Positions 50,433-61,096 are shown, counted from the stretch's first letter. The stretch is DNA of 64,000 nucleotides from an uncultured delta proteobacterium (GCA_963755715.1 CAVWLW010000051.1:32001-96000), one strand, 5' to 3'. The notes: generated by a model from the sequence alone, not told the origin. Translations and numbers: made by a program.

Positions 50433-50690
50433 GTGGACTACGTTGATCTCATCCAATGGCCGGCCATGATCATAACCGCGGCCGCCGCATGGTTGGTGGG
50501 CTCGCAGAGGCGACCCAAACGTAGCCTCGGTTTCTGGCTTTTTCTACTAAGTAACCTGCTCTGGATTGTCTGGGGTTGGTACGCCCGCGCTTATGCCCTG
50601 ATTATCTTGCAAGTTTGCCTGGCTGTGATCAATGTTCGCGGCGCGCAGAAAAACGATTCTGCCGTAGCCACAGACTCGCGCGCGGTGTAA
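50433..50690 (+). CDS. Small hypothetical membrane protein
   Basis: QWPAM..AAWLVGS..GFWLFLLSNLLWIVWG; three TM segments. Confidence 0.7.
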   Translation: MDYVDLIQWPAMIITAAAAWLVGSQRRPKRSLGFWLFLLSNLLWIVWGWYARAYALIILQVCLAVINVRGAQKNDSAVATDSRAV

Positions 50691-50875
50691 TTATTTTATT
50701 CCGCTCTCAACTTCTTTCCGACAGTAAGGGAACCGGGCTAACGGGTATGAATGCGAGCCTTTTGCGGTTCGATTCGAGTGTGTTGTCGGTATTTCCACTC
50801 CAGAGTTAACGGCAAATCCTGACGGATTCCGATTTGTGGTTGATGAAAATCGTTGAATCACAAAAGCTTATTTAC

Positions 50876-50890
50876 TGGCACATCAATTGC
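50876..50890 (+). promoter_or_regulatory. Sigma54 promoter upstream of csbD
   Basis: TGGCAC-N5-TTGC (-24/-12). Confidence 0.7.
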
Positions 50891-50943
50891 GGAATTCATT
50901 TGCGACGGTCGACCTACTCAGTAGAATTAATTAGGAGGTTCAC

Positions 50944-51141
50944 ATGAATTGGGATCAGATCGCTGGACAATGGAAGCAGATTAAAGGCAAAGCGAAGATG
51001 AAATGGGGAAAGCTTACTGACGACGAAATCGATGTCGTCGAAGGCAAACGCGATCAGCTCGTCGGCAAAATCCAACAACGCTATGGAATCGACAAAGACA
51101 AGGCGGAAAAGGAAGTTGACGAGTGGACTAAAGAATTCTAA
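50944..51141 (+). CDS. csbD: CsbD family stress protein
   Basis: MNWDQIAGQWKQ-KG-K-KWGKLTDD..G-RDQLVGKIQ-RYG; RBS AGGAGG. Confidence 0.93.
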   Translation: MNWDQIAGQWKQIKGKAKMKWGKLTDDEIDVVEGKRDQLVGKIQQRYGIDKDKAEKEVDEWTKEF

Positions 51142-51155
51142 CCGGCTGCTGAAAG

Positions 51156-51188
51156 CCGCTCCGTTTGCCTTGAAGGTGAACGGAGCGG
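51156..51188 (+). terminator. Stem-loop after csbD
   Basis: CCGCTCCGTT ... AACGGAGCGG 10 bp perfect stem, nested in CCGGCTG/CAGCCGG. Confidence 0.55.
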
Positions 51189-51241
51189 TCCCACCCCCAA
51201 CTGATTACAGCCGGCTGTTTTGATTTTCGGCTGAATGGGCC

Positions 51242-51892
51242 GTGAAAAAGGATCCCGTGGCGCCGACCTTAGCGAGTTCGTTGATCGTCGTAATTATTCT
51301 GACTACCCACTTGGGCGGCATTCCTTTTGTGTTCTCCTTGCGTCAAACACATGCAGAGGTTCAATCGTCCCAACAACCACCGCTCCTCTCGGCAGAACCA
51401 AACCGCCGCGTGATTGTTTTCGATAATGACACGTTAGACAAAATGTTCGGCAAGTCACGGCGTAGTGCCGCAAACGAGACTGATCCAGGGAAAATTTCCG
51501 GTAAAAGCGACTTTCCTGCGGTGGGACCCAATCGTTCTTTATTATCCGCTATCGGTCGCGGCACGAGTTCCAAACGTGCGGCAGCCCTGCGTCTTGTCGA
51601 AAGCGGCAGGACTTTGATTCAAGCGGGCGAAAACCGAAGAGCGGTTGCCGTCCTCGAAAGAGCGCTCAGCCTGGAAGCCAGTCCGTTTGTTTATTTTTAT
51701 CTTGCCCGCGCTCATTATTACCTGGCGGATTATCAGCGCGCGGCAGAGTTTGTTGAAATAGCCGAAGCGCTTTTTTACCAGCAACCCGATTGGAGTGAAG
51801 AGTTATTTAAGCTGAAAACCGTATTGTCTACATCGCGTGGCGGGCCGGAAATCAGGCCGAGACAAAATATCGGATGGGCGGAAGCCCGATAG
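51242..51892 (+). CDS. TPR-containing hypothetical protein
   Basis: N-terminal hydrophobic segment; A-AVLERALSL-ASPFVYFYLARAHY TPR pattern. Confidence 0.7.
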   Translation: MKKDPVAPTLASSLIVVIILTTHLGGIPFVFSLRQTHAEVQSSQQPPLLSAEPNRRVIVFDNDTLDKMFGKSRRSAANETDPGKISGKSDFPAVGPNRSLLSAIGRGTSSKRAAALRLVESGRTLIQAGENRRAVAVLERALSLEASPFVYFYLARAHYYLADYQRAAEFVEIAEALFYQQPDWSEELFKLKTVLSTSRGGPEIRPRQNIGWAEAR

Positions 51893-51949
51893 CCGAAATC
51901 ATCGATGATTTCGGCGTGTGTGCACGGTAGTAGAAGACCGACGGAAATA

Positions 51950-52255
51950 ATGGCGGCAAAACGAAAAAAACGAAAATCGGTTGTGCAAGGGCGGCGTTGG
52001 TCGCAACGGGTGACCGAGACCAGTGATGCGCTCGATCTGGACAAGGGCGTGTTCTCGTTAGGGAGTCCGCGCGCTATTGCGCGCTCGTTGAAACGTTCCG
52101 CCGAGCGCAGCCGGCGCCGCAAAAGTGGCTCGTTACGCTCAGCGATGTCAATGTTGACCTTTTACATCAATCGCGCCGGGCGCAAACTATCGAAAACTCG
52201 CCGCGCGCGGCTCGAATCCGCGAAGAAAGAACTGCGTTTGCTATATCGCAGATAA
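51950..52255 (+). CDS. DUF3175 family protein
   Basis: WSQRVTETSDALDL..IARSLKRSAE-S-RRK..SAMSMLTFYINRAG. Confidence 0.88.
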   Translation: MAAKRKKRKSVVQGRRWSQRVTETSDALDLDKGVFSLGSPRAIARSLKRSAERSRRRKSGSLRSAMSMLTFYINRAGRKLSKTRRARLESAKKELRLLYRR

Positions 52256-52385
52256 TCCCGCCGTCTGAAGATATTCTTTGCCACGAAGCTCAACTGAGTG
52301 GATCAGACGAGCCGGCTGAAGAATCTAGCCGCGAGACTCTTTAGCGGCCAATCGGTTTTCACCTTTGCGCTCCACAAACACCGTA

Positions 52386-53114
52386 TCACGATCTCATACC
52401 GGAAAAACTGTTCACGGTCGCGTGCAGGTTGCGCGCGAAGTCAGTGGCGCCCTGTGTGCTCATGCCGAACGCCACGCGAGCGTATTCTTTGAGCGCGAGC
52501 ACGGCGGCGAGCGGCATTTTCTTGAGATGCTCCAGCAGCGTTGTAACGGCGCTGTCGAGATCGTTTGCGGCGACGACGTCGCTCGCCAGCCCAAATGTCA
52601 GCGCTTTGTGCGCGTCTATTTCCTGAGCCGAGTACATCATGAAAGTTGCCGCCTTGCGCGGCACGCGGTCGACTAAAGCGGAAAATGCGATCGTCGGCAT
52701 GATGCGATGCGCCGTTTCAGGAAACGAAAAACGGGCCTTGTCACTGGCGATGGTAATATCGCAGAGCGCCGCCAGCGCACAGCCGAGACCCACCGCGCGG
52801 CCCTGGACCACGCCGATGATCGGCGTTCGCGCATTGCGGAATGCACCGTAGAGATTGAAAATTGTTTCGCTGCGGTCGCGCACGGCGTAAGCTTCGAGTG
52901 GATTGGGCGGCTGCTGGCCCATCGCTTCACGGCCGAGGCAAAAATCATCGCCCGCCCCCTTGAATAGAATCACCCGCGACTGCTTCGATGCGGCGTCGAA
53001 CATCTCGGTTACTTTGGCCCAAGTCGCGTCCGTCTGGCGGTTGCCGGATTCCGGCCGGTTTAACGTGATCGTTGTCACATCGGCTTCTTTTTCCATCAGC
53101 ACCGGTTCTGCCAT
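52386..53114 (-). CDS. Enoyl-CoA hydratase/isomerase (crotonase) family protein
   Basis: ITLNRPE, DFCLG, G-AVGLG-ALA-LCD, FSFPE; RBS GGAG; upstream TTGACA-N18-TACAGT. Confidence 0.88.
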   Translation of the reverse strand: MAEPVLMEKEADVTTITLNRPESGNRQTDATWAKVTEMFDAASKQSRVILFKGAGDDFCLGREAMGQQPPNPLEAYAVRDRSETIFNLYGAFRNARTPIIGVVQGRAVGLGCALAALCDITIASDKARFSFPETAHRIMPTIAFSALVDRVPRKAATFMMYSAQEIDAHKALTFGLASDVVAANDLDSAVTTLLEHLKKMPLAAVLALKEYARVAFGMSTQGATDFARNLHATVNSFSGMRS

Positions 53115-53380
53115 CATAATCTCCTTTGCGTGAAATGTTCCCGACTGTAAAAGAGCCGCGCGCGCTTTGTCAACGAGGACCGCTTGCTGCCGGGCGCTTG
53201 CGCAGTTGAAATTCTTGGCGGATTCGAATCCGCGCGCTTTTTTCCTTAGCATCGTTTTAAAGCCGCCATCTCGCCGCGAGCTTGAACATTATTTGAGCAA
53301 CGCCTGAATGCAAAACAAGCAGATCCGATTCTGACTCGCGAATAAATAACAGGATTTGCCTAAAACAACGCGGCCGGCAG

Positions 53381-53396
53381 CGGCATAACAATTGCT
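53381..53396 (+). promoter_or_regulatory. Sigma54-like promoter
   Basis: CGGCAT-N5-TTGCT upstream of the 53506 ORF. Confidence 0.45.
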
Positions 53397-53505
53397 CTTT
53401 GTTCAGTGCAATAGCGGAGGCAACGCGGCCTTCGCGGACGAGCAAGGGCGCTTGAATGTAAAGATTCGGCGCCTTTATTTTTGCCTGAATTAAGGAGATC
53501 AAAGA

Positions 53506-54342
53506 ATGACTGAGCTCGACTGGGAAAAAAATAAATCGTCTCATTCGGTCACGCTGCGCGGCCGCACCGCCCTGGCCATCATCGTAGGAGCCATTTGTCT
53601 TCTAGCCAACGCACCGAACAGCGCGGCCGTCGACGATGACGATCGTTACAGCAGTTGGTTTTTTACATCCGAGGAAGTGGCGGCGGCATATCAGTATCAA
53701 CAGAATTACGGAGAACGTTTACGCTTTCCCTTGAGGGCTGGTCCTTGCCTTTTTCGCGGCGGCGAATTTGCGACCTCCTACCGGCGCAATCCATTGGCGG
53801 TTTCATGCCGCTTTGTTTTAGAAGTTACGCGCCATATGAAAGAGATGCTCGATGCCGGAGCAGCCAAATTTCTTTTCCCTTTGGATGCCGACCACGCGCA
53901 TCTGGGCGTGCCCATGGAGGTGTGGAACAACAAGTATAAGAATCTCCCGCTGGAACAAGTGTTTCCCGCGATTCTGCGCGAGCCGGGATTAGTCGCGTTG
54001 TACCATACGGCCGAACACTTGCGAGTCACTGACCGTAAAACCGGCGCGGTCGACGCGGAAGCCAAAGCCTGGCAAGAGAAGCGCAACGTCTTGGGCTATT
54101 TCGACGGGCGCCCGATCAAGATTTTGCAGCCCGATCCCAAAGGTTCGGGCGTCGCCATGCCTGAAGACTACTATTCCTATGGCGGTTTTAGTTTTCTCGC
54201 CAGCCCGCGCGGCGAGCTTTATTTGGCTTCCGGATTGAATATGATCACTTTCGATATCGCGTTCGACGCCAACGCATTCGACGACGCGGAAGAGCAGCAT
54301 GCATTTTCCGCTGAGAACACATTGCTGCGCGCCGATAAGTGA
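53506..54342 (+). CDS. Exported hypothetical protein
   Basis: RBS AAGGAG; signal-like segment; LDADHAH and LYHTAEH motifs. Confidence 0.72.
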   Translation: MTELDWEKNKSSHSVTLRGRTALAIIVGAICLLANAPNSAAVDDDDRYSSWFFTSEEVAAAYQYQQNYGERLRFPLRAGPCLFRGGEFATSYRRNPLAVSCRFVLEVTRHMKEMLDAGAAKFLFPLDADHAHLGVPMEVWNNKYKNLPLEQVFPAILREPGLVALYHTAEHLRVTDRKTGAVDAEAKAWQEKRNVLGYFDGRPIKILQPDPKGSGVAMPEDYYSYGGFSFLASPRGELYLASGLNMITFDIAFDANAFDDAEEQHAFSAENTLLRADK

Positions 54343-54670
54343 CAAGTCTGGCGGGTAGCTTTTAACGAAGGATTGTTTCTTAGCGAGCGGCGCTGTTCCT
54401 GCCCCTGGACTTGTCGCCGATCAGCGTTCCGCCGCCGGCGACCGCCGCGCCTGCCGCGGGACCCGCAACGCCACCAAATAATTCCGTCCCACACAACCGA
54501 AGGCGCACCAACCGCTCCACACCCAACGCGCTTTTATCCTTGCCAACCACATTAGCCGACAATAAAATGCCGGCTGATTGAACAAAGAACAATCCGGTCA
54601 GTTTAGTGAAATAAAAAGTCGCGCGGAACACGAGTGCGCGCTTTCCATCGATTTATGAAGAGGAGGTTCT

Positions 54671-55075
54671 ATGGCTGAGCAAACCTTAAAAGGAAGTTGT
54701 CTGTGCCAATCGGTGCGCTACGAGGTGAGCACGCCGTTCATGCGCTTTGGTCACTGTTATTGTTCGCGTTGCCGCAAAGCGACCGGCGGCGTGCGCTCGA
54801 CCAACATCGCGGTGCCGATTGCCCAATTTCATTGGACGCAAGGCGAAAATTTGGTCAGGCGCTTCGATTTGCCGGAGGCGAAAAGCTTTGCGCGGCAGAT
54901 CTGCGCTACGTGCAACTGTCCGATCCCCCATGCATCGCGCGACGGCACTCGCGTTATCGTTCCCGCCGGAACGCTCGACGATGTGCCGCCGGGAAAACCA
55001 TCAGCACACGGCCACTGGAGCAGTCGGGTGAATTGGGTAGAGATCAATGAATCCGAGCTGCCGTGCACGGACTAG
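54671..55075 (+). CDS. GFA/CENP-V family Zn protein
   Basis: GSCLC, HCYCSRCRK, CATC. Confidence 0.9.
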   Translation: MAEQTLKGSCLCQSVRYEVSTPFMRFGHCYCSRCRKATGGVRSTNIAVPIAQFHWTQGENLVRRFDLPEAKSFARQICATCNCPIPHASRDGTRVIVPAGTLDDVPPGKPSAHGHWSSRVNWVEINESELPCTD

Positions 55076-55199
55076 CGAGCGGCCCACGTGTTTCGCTCTG
55101 CAGCAGGTGCCACGCTCGGCGGTTTTGCCGCGCAGGCGAAATTTTCTTCGGCGCTTGAATCGGTATGCAGCGACTAATTGAACGGTCTTTGTATTGGCA

Positions 55200-56312
55200 T
55201 CAATGCATCAAAGCGTGCGCGATGATTTCGAAGCCGACGATACCGAGGGTTATCAGCGAGGCGCCGAGGACCATCGCCGTTCGGCGCTTTTCCAGCGCGG
55301 TCATCGCGATTAGATGGGCGGGCACTTTGGCGGTCAATCTTAGTTGCCGCGCTTGCCAGAGCGTATAGAGATTGGCCGCCGCCGCGAGAGTCGTCAAAAT
55401 CAGCACGGGCACGCGAACCGCGCTCTGATCGAGAAAAGTGAGCGCGCCCGCCAAACCAAAGAGCCCGCCGACGCCCAGGGCCACGGCGAGAGGGCCGATG
55501 AGAGTCGCGATCGCGCAGGGAGCGCCCAAGATGCCAAAGACGATCGCGCCCAAGCTCGTGCTTTGTTTTACGGCGCTCTCAGGGGCATCGTTAAGCAGAG
55601 GTTTTCTTGAATCGCCGTGGAGGCGAAACGCCGTCACCGGCTCGCGAAATCCTTTGAGCACGACCTGCTCAGATATCGCCTCCGGAAAATCCTCGGCGTG
55701 TTTGACGTAGCTTTCTTGATCGATCAGAATTTCCCCGGCGCCCGCCTTGCTTTGAAGGCGGGCGGCAAGATTCACCACGTCACCGATCGCGGTATAGTCT
55801 TTCGTGTCATCGGAGCCTAACCGGCCGACGCGAGCGTGCCCCGTGGCGATGCCGACGGAGGCTTTGAGTGGCAGCCCGAAGCGCGCGCCGAGATTTTTAA
55901 GCTCGGATTCTAGTTCCGTGGCCGCAAGGATCGCGCGCCGCGCGTGGTCGTTGTATCGAATCGGCACATTGAAAAGCGCCATGACGGCGTCGCCGACGTA
56001 TTTATCGATAAACGCGCCGTGTTTCACCAACACGTCGGTGGCCATGCGCAGAAACGCATCGACCACCTCATGGGTTTTTTCCGCGCCGAGGTCTTGCGTC
56101 ATTTCGGTAAAAGACGAGAGGTCCGCAAAGAGAACCGTGATTTCCACCATCCGGCCCTCTTCGACGTGCGTGCCGCAGCGCGTGCAGATATTTGGATTGC
56201 GCGGGCTGCGCTTTATGCCGAAAGTGCGATAGACGGCGCTGGCGGCGCCCGAGAGCATCGTGCCGCAGATGCTACATTGAGCGGCAAGTTGAGAATGATC
56301 GTGTGCCGGCAT
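55200..56312 (-). CDS. Class III adenylate/guanylate cyclase with N-terminal Zn ribbon and C-terminal 3-TM domain
   Basis: VLFADLSSFT, IDKYVGDAVMALF, YTAIGDVVNLAARLQ; CSIC...CTRC; hydrophobic C-terminus with GAPC. Confidence 0.88.
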   Translation of the reverse strand: MPAHDHSQLAAQCSICGTMLSGAASAVYRTFGIKRSPRNPNICTRCGTHVEEGRMVEITVLFADLSSFTEMTQDLGAEKTHEVVDAFLRMATDVLVKHGAFIDKYVGDAVMALFNVPIRYNDHARRAILAATELESELKNLGARFGLPLKASVGIATGHARVGRLGSDDTKDYTAIGDVVNLAARLQSKAGAGEILIDQESYVKHAEDFPEAISEQVVLKGFREPVTAFRLHGDSRKPLLNDAPESAVKQSTSLGAIVFGILGAPCAIATLIGPLAVALGVGGLFGLAGALTFLDQSAVRVPVLILTTLAAAANLYTLWQARQLRLTAKVPAHLIAMTALEKRRTAMVLGASLITLGIVGFEIIAHALMH

Positions 56313-56412
56313 GGCAAAGAAAAGTAACCAAGCCGCGCGGCGCTGTCAATGCGATTGCATTCGCTTTGCAAATACAGGAATAATGCGGCGACTTTTCAGG
56401 AGGTTGGTAGTC

Positions 56413-56763
56413 ATGTCGGAACACTACCATGATGAAAATGATTTGAAGTTGATGCGCGACATGCGCAAGCTCGCGCCGGATGATTTCAACGCGTGGCTCG
56501 GGCTCAACAATATCGTCGGGCGCGATAACGGCGCCATTCCTAAAAAATACCGCGAATTGATCGCGATTGCGGTGTCGTGCACGACCCAGTGTCCCTATTG
56601 CTTGGAGGCGCACGCAAAGGCGGCGCAGGGGGCCGGCGCGACGCGCGAAGAAGTGGTCGAAGCGTCGCTCATCGCCGCCGCTTTGCGCGCCGGCGGCGCG
56701 GCCACGCACGGCACTATGGCGCTCAAATTCTTCGATAAGCAGGCGGAGCCAAAAAAAGCGTAA
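56413..56763 (+). CDS. AhpD/carboxymuconolactone decarboxylase family protein
   Basis: KYRELIAIAV..QCPYCLEAH..A-GATREE. Confidence 0.88.
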   Translation: MSEHYHDENDLKLMRDMRKLAPDDFNAWLGLNNIVGRDNGAIPKKYRELIAIAVSCTTQCPYCLEAHAKAAQGAGATREEVVEASLIAAALRAGGAATHGTMALKFFDKQAEPKKA

Positions 56764-56790
56764 GATTGTTTTGCGCGATCGATTCTAATC

Positions 56791-57249
56791 TTGAAGATAG
56801 CGCTGAGGAATCTCGCCGCAGTTGTCATCGTCATGCCGCTTTTTTCATGCGCCGGCAGCAAACCGACAAATCTCGGAGTCAAAGATTCACGCATGGCGCC
56901 GTGTCCACCGACGCCGAATTGCGTATCGAGCGATGCGACTGATGCCGCACACTTGGTTACGGCGTTTCAGCTTGCTGTCCCCTCCACGGATGGCTGGCGA
57001 ACGGCGCGAGCGGCGGTGGCTAATCTACCGCGAACCCGGATCGTCAGCGAAACCGATGAGTATCTCCACGCCGAGTGCAGCAGCGCGGTTTTCGGTTTTG
57101 TCGACGATATCGAGCTTCACTTGCGTCCGGTTCAAGGCATAATCGCTGTGCGCTCGGCGGCGCGTCTCGGCCATAGCGATTTTGGCGTGAACCGTAAACG
57201 GGTGGAAAAACTTCGTTTGCTTCTGCGAAATCAGGGCGTGATTCGTTAG
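56791..57249 (+). CDS. DUF1499 family (lipo)protein
   Basis: CPPTPNCVSS, FGFVDD-E, VRSAARLG-SDFGVNRKR. Confidence 0.88.
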   Translation: MKIALRNLAAVVIVMPLFSCAGSKPTNLGVKDSRMAPCPPTPNCVSSDATDAAHLVTAFQLAVPSTDGWRTARAAVANLPRTRIVSETDEYLHAECSSAVFGFVDDIELHLRPVQGIIAVRSAARLGHSDFGVNRKRVEKLRLLLRNQGVIR

Positions 57250-57321
57250 TTCACTGCTGTGACAGGCGCGCCGCATCGACGCGGACGTAGCCGTCGACGA
57301 ATATATTATTTTTGGCACCGC

Positions 57322-58639
57322 TCATGGCATGTCATAGGTACGCGGGAAGATGACGCGAAAGGCGCTGCCATCGGCCGAACTCCGTAGTTAATTCCAGGGT
57401 GGCATCCAAAAGCTCGCAGAGCCGTTTGACGATCGTGAGGCCGATGCCTTCGCCGGGCTGCTGCGGCGCCTGGCGCTGCGTCGGATGTGGCGTAACCGTT
57501 GAAACCGGTTGCCCTTCGAGTGCCGACTTTGAGCTTTGTTCGACTGCTTCTGCTTCGAGAGTCGATGCCTCGATAGTTCTAGAGAGCGGCCCGGAGGCGC
57601 CGCTCTGAAATCCTGGGCCTGTGTCCTGTACGAAAAAGGCCCAGCGACGCAGTCCCTCTTTTTCGAGCGCTTCCCAACCGATCGTCACACCGCCGTCTCT
57701 GGTATATTTGAGCGCGTTCCAGATCAGATTTTGCGCGATACGTTGGATATTGATCGCGTCCCCTTGGACCAACAAGGATGGCGGCCCCTGAACGCGCAGG
57801 AATAGCCCCCGTTCTGCCGCCAAGGGTTGAAAGGACTCGCTTAACTCCTTCAGAATCAAGGCGGCGTCGATCGGGTGCACATCGCGCTGTTCTTGTCCGG
57901 CTTCCAGTCTCGATAAGACCAATAGATTGTTCAAAAGGCCGTGCAATGACGAGACGCTTTTTTGCAGTAGGGTCAAGAACTCGGTTTTCAAGACCTCGTC
58001 GGCCTCTTCGTCGTGCAGCTGATCGGCGATATTTTTAATCACGCCGAAACTGCCCCGAACGTCGTGCACGGCCCGGCGCCAAGTCTCGACCCGTTTGCGA
58101 TCGAGTTCGCTCAAAGACTCCAACGCTTGCTCCAGATCTTGGATGCGGGCCGCCGCCTCCACTTGCTGAAGCTCGGCGTATCGCATGGCGCTTTCGTTGA
58201 CGCCGTTGCTACACAGCTCGGCCAGAGCGCGGCGTGCGACCGACATGGCCCCGCCACTCTCGATCCCAGGGCTCAGCTCGGAATAATTTTCTAATTCATT
58301 CACTAGAACAATATGCAGATGGCTCCATTCGCGCATCACGTCGCGCTGATTATAGCCATGATGCCAGCGATGCAGCCCATGTTCGGCGGCATGTTCTTTT
58401 TGCTCTTGGGCCGCCTCCGCCTTCTCCGACAAATAACGCGCGCGCAACATCTGGTCGAAGGCGTCCAGCACGGCCGGAATATGATCGTAGAATTCTTTGC
58501 GTGCCAGCGTCGATGCGCTGGTGAGGGCAGGATCTTCGTCGACGGCGTGCCGCCAGTTTTTCAGGATGGAATCGCGTCGACTTAGAAGGTGGTCGGCGAG
58601 CGTGCCGATTTGCTCGTTTATCTGTTGATCATTGTTCAT
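57322..58639 (-). CDS. Sensor histidine kinase with RsbRD_N-like N-terminal domain; frameshift near 57378
   Basis: EHGLHRW-GY, HDVR H-box, NLIWNALKY, DTGPG, GEGIGL; removing one T gives a normal ...GSAFRVIFP end at 57322. Confidence 0.85.
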
Positions 58640-58791
58640 TGCGGGGCTGCGGGAGATGAAAGAGTCGTTATTGATTCCTTACTCTTTACGGAACGCGAAA
58701 GCAATTTACTGAGCGGAAAAGACAGCACTTGCATCGACCGATAATCAACGGTAACCCATTGTAGACTGGGTCGCGGTAAGGACCAATTGCC

Positions 58792-59844
58792 ATGCTGAGC
58801 TATGACGTTGTCGAATGGGGTAAGCCACTCGAAAAGATCGCGCATGAAACGCCGGTGCCGCGGGGCACCGAGGTGCTCGTGCGCCTCAAATACTGCGGCG
58901 TGTGCCACAGCGATGTGCACATCCGTGAAGGCTACTTCGATCTCGGTGGTGGCAGGCGCTTGCACATGAGCGAACGTGGCATGCAGCCGCCGGTGACGCT
59001 GGGCCATGAGCCGTTCGGCACTGTTATCGCTGCTGGGTCGGAGGCAAGCGATGCGCCCATCGGCGCCGACCGTCTCGTCTATCCATGGACGGGCTGCGGT
59101 GAATGCGCGCGCTGCGGCGAAGGCTTGGACAATTACTGCATGGCGCCGCGCATGATCGGCATCCAGCGGCCGGGCGGCTACGCCGACCATTTACTCGTGC
59201 CCCATCCGCGCTATCTCATCGACGCGCGCGGCATCGATCCGGTGTGGGCCGCGACCTTGTCGTGTTCGGGATTGTCACCCTATGCCGCCGCGTCAAAGCT
59301 GCAGCCGATCCCGCGCGATGAGTGGATTGCAGTGATGGGCGCGGGCGGGCTCGGTCTTTCGGCGATCGGCATGTTGCGCGCGTTCGGTCATGAGAAAATC
59401 GTCGCGGTTGACATGGATCCAGCAAAACTATCAATGGCCGAAGCAGCCGGTGCCTCGGCGCTGCTCGATAATCGGAGCAAGGATGCGGCGGCCAAGCTTA
59501 AGCAAGTCACAGGCGGCGCGCTTTTCGGTGCGATCGACTTCGTCGGCGCCGCGGAGACAGCGCAGTTGGCTCTCGGCGCGCTGCGCAAAGGCGGCAAGCT
59601 CATTTTAGTCGGTCTGTTCGGCGGCGAGATTCCGCTCTCGATCGCGGGGACGATCCTGCGTGCGCTTACCGTTCAGGGCTCGCATGTCGGCAGCGTGGAC
59701 GAATTGAAGGCCGTCGTCGCGCTCGCGCGCGCAGGTAAAATCAAGCCAATCCCGATTCAGAAGCGGCCGCTGTCGGACGTGAGCCGAACGCTGGATGAGT
59801 TGAAGACGGGATCGATCACCGGCAGAGTGGTAGTGGAGATTTAG
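58792..59844 (+). CDS. Zn-dependent alcohol dehydrogenase
   Basis: CGVCHSD, GHE, CGECARC-x7-C, GAGGLG. Confidence 0.92.
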   Translation: MLSYDVVEWGKPLEKIAHETPVPRGTEVLVRLKYCGVCHSDVHIREGYFDLGGGRRLHMSERGMQPPVTLGHEPFGTVIAAGSEASDAPIGADRLVYPWTGCGECARCGEGLDNYCMAPRMIGIQRPGGYADHLLVPHPRYLIDARGIDPVWAATLSCSGLSPYAAASKLQPIPRDEWIAVMGAGGLGLSAIGMLRAFGHEKIVAVDMDPAKLSMAEAAGASALLDNRSKDAAAKLKQVTGGALFGAIDFVGAAETAQLALGALRKGGKLILVGLFGGEIPLSIAGTILRALTVQGSHVGSVDELKAVVALARAGKIKPIPIQKRPLSDVSRTLDELKTGSITGRVVVEI

Positions 59845-59868
59845 TTCGGATGTTGGGTCGTCGGTAAA

Positions 59869-61096
59869 ATGATCAACGACAAAAATGTCAATTCCTGGTT
59901 CTATGTCGTCTTGGCTGCCGCGGCGATGTTGATGATCACGATGGGAGCGCGACAATCACAGGGATTATTCGTTTTTCCAATCAGCGGTTCGACCGGTGTT
60001 AGCATCGTCACGATCAGCTTCGCGATGGCCGTGGGGCAGTTTATGTGGGGTGCGGTGGCGCCGGTGGCCGGCGCGGTCGCCGATCGCTTTGGCCCGGCGC
60101 CCGTACTTGTTGAGCGGAGTGCTTATTCTCGCGTTGGGCACGGCGCTGACACCTGTGTTAACGACAAGTTCCGGCCTCGTGTTCACGATCGGGATACTCA
60201 CCGCGATCGGCGCGGGTGCTGGAAGCTTTTCAATGCTGATTGGAACCGTGATGGGAAGGTTGCCGCCGGCGCATCGTGGGACCGCCGCGGGAATCATCAC
60301 TGCGGGCGGTTCGTTCGGTCAGTTTGTCTTCGCGCCGATCGCGCAAACGTTGATTTCCACGTGGGGGTGGATGACCGCGATGTGGTCTCTGAGCGTCTTC
60401 TCGCTCGCCGCGCTGCCGCTGATCCGTCCGATTAGTGGGAGATCGTTGAATGGCGATGCGGAAAGACCCAGCCCCGCCGATGGCGGGTTAGGCGACGCTG
60501 TAAAAAATGCGTTTGCCGACCGGAGTTATCTACTCCTGCACGCGAGCTTTCTCACCTGTGGTTTTCACATTGCGTTTCTGGTGACTCATTTACCAGGGGA
60601 AGTGGACCTTTGTGGCTTGCCGGCTTCGGTCGCAAGCTGGTCACTGGCGATCATCGGACTAGCCAATATTGCCGGAAGTTTCACCGCCGGCTGGCTGCTC
60701 GGCCGCTATCGCGGCAAGGACGTGCTGTTTTGGATGTACGGCTCGCGCACGATGTTGATCTTATTTTATCTGCTTGCACCGAAGATGGAGTGGACCTTTT
60801 ACTTATTGGCGGTCGGTCTTGGTTTTTCCTGGTTGGGCACGGCACCGCCGACGGCCGGAGTCGTCGGCAAGTTGTTCGGCACGCGCTACCTCGCGACGCT
60901 TTATGGCTTGACGATGGTGTCGCATCAGGTCGGCGCCTTTTTCGGCGCGTGGCTGGGTGGTGTGGCATTTAGCCAATCTGGCAATTACCTGTGGATGTGG
61001 TACGCGGATGCATTGTTTGCCATGATCGCGGCGCTGCTCAATCTGCCGATCCGCGAGCCGCGCCTGCAGACGATGGCGGCCACGGCACGCGCGTAG
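59869..61096 (+). CDS. MFS transporter; one frameshift near 60106
   Basis: GAVADRFG motif A, FLTCGFH, LFGTRY-ATL-G..HQVG-F-GAW. Confidence 0.87.
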
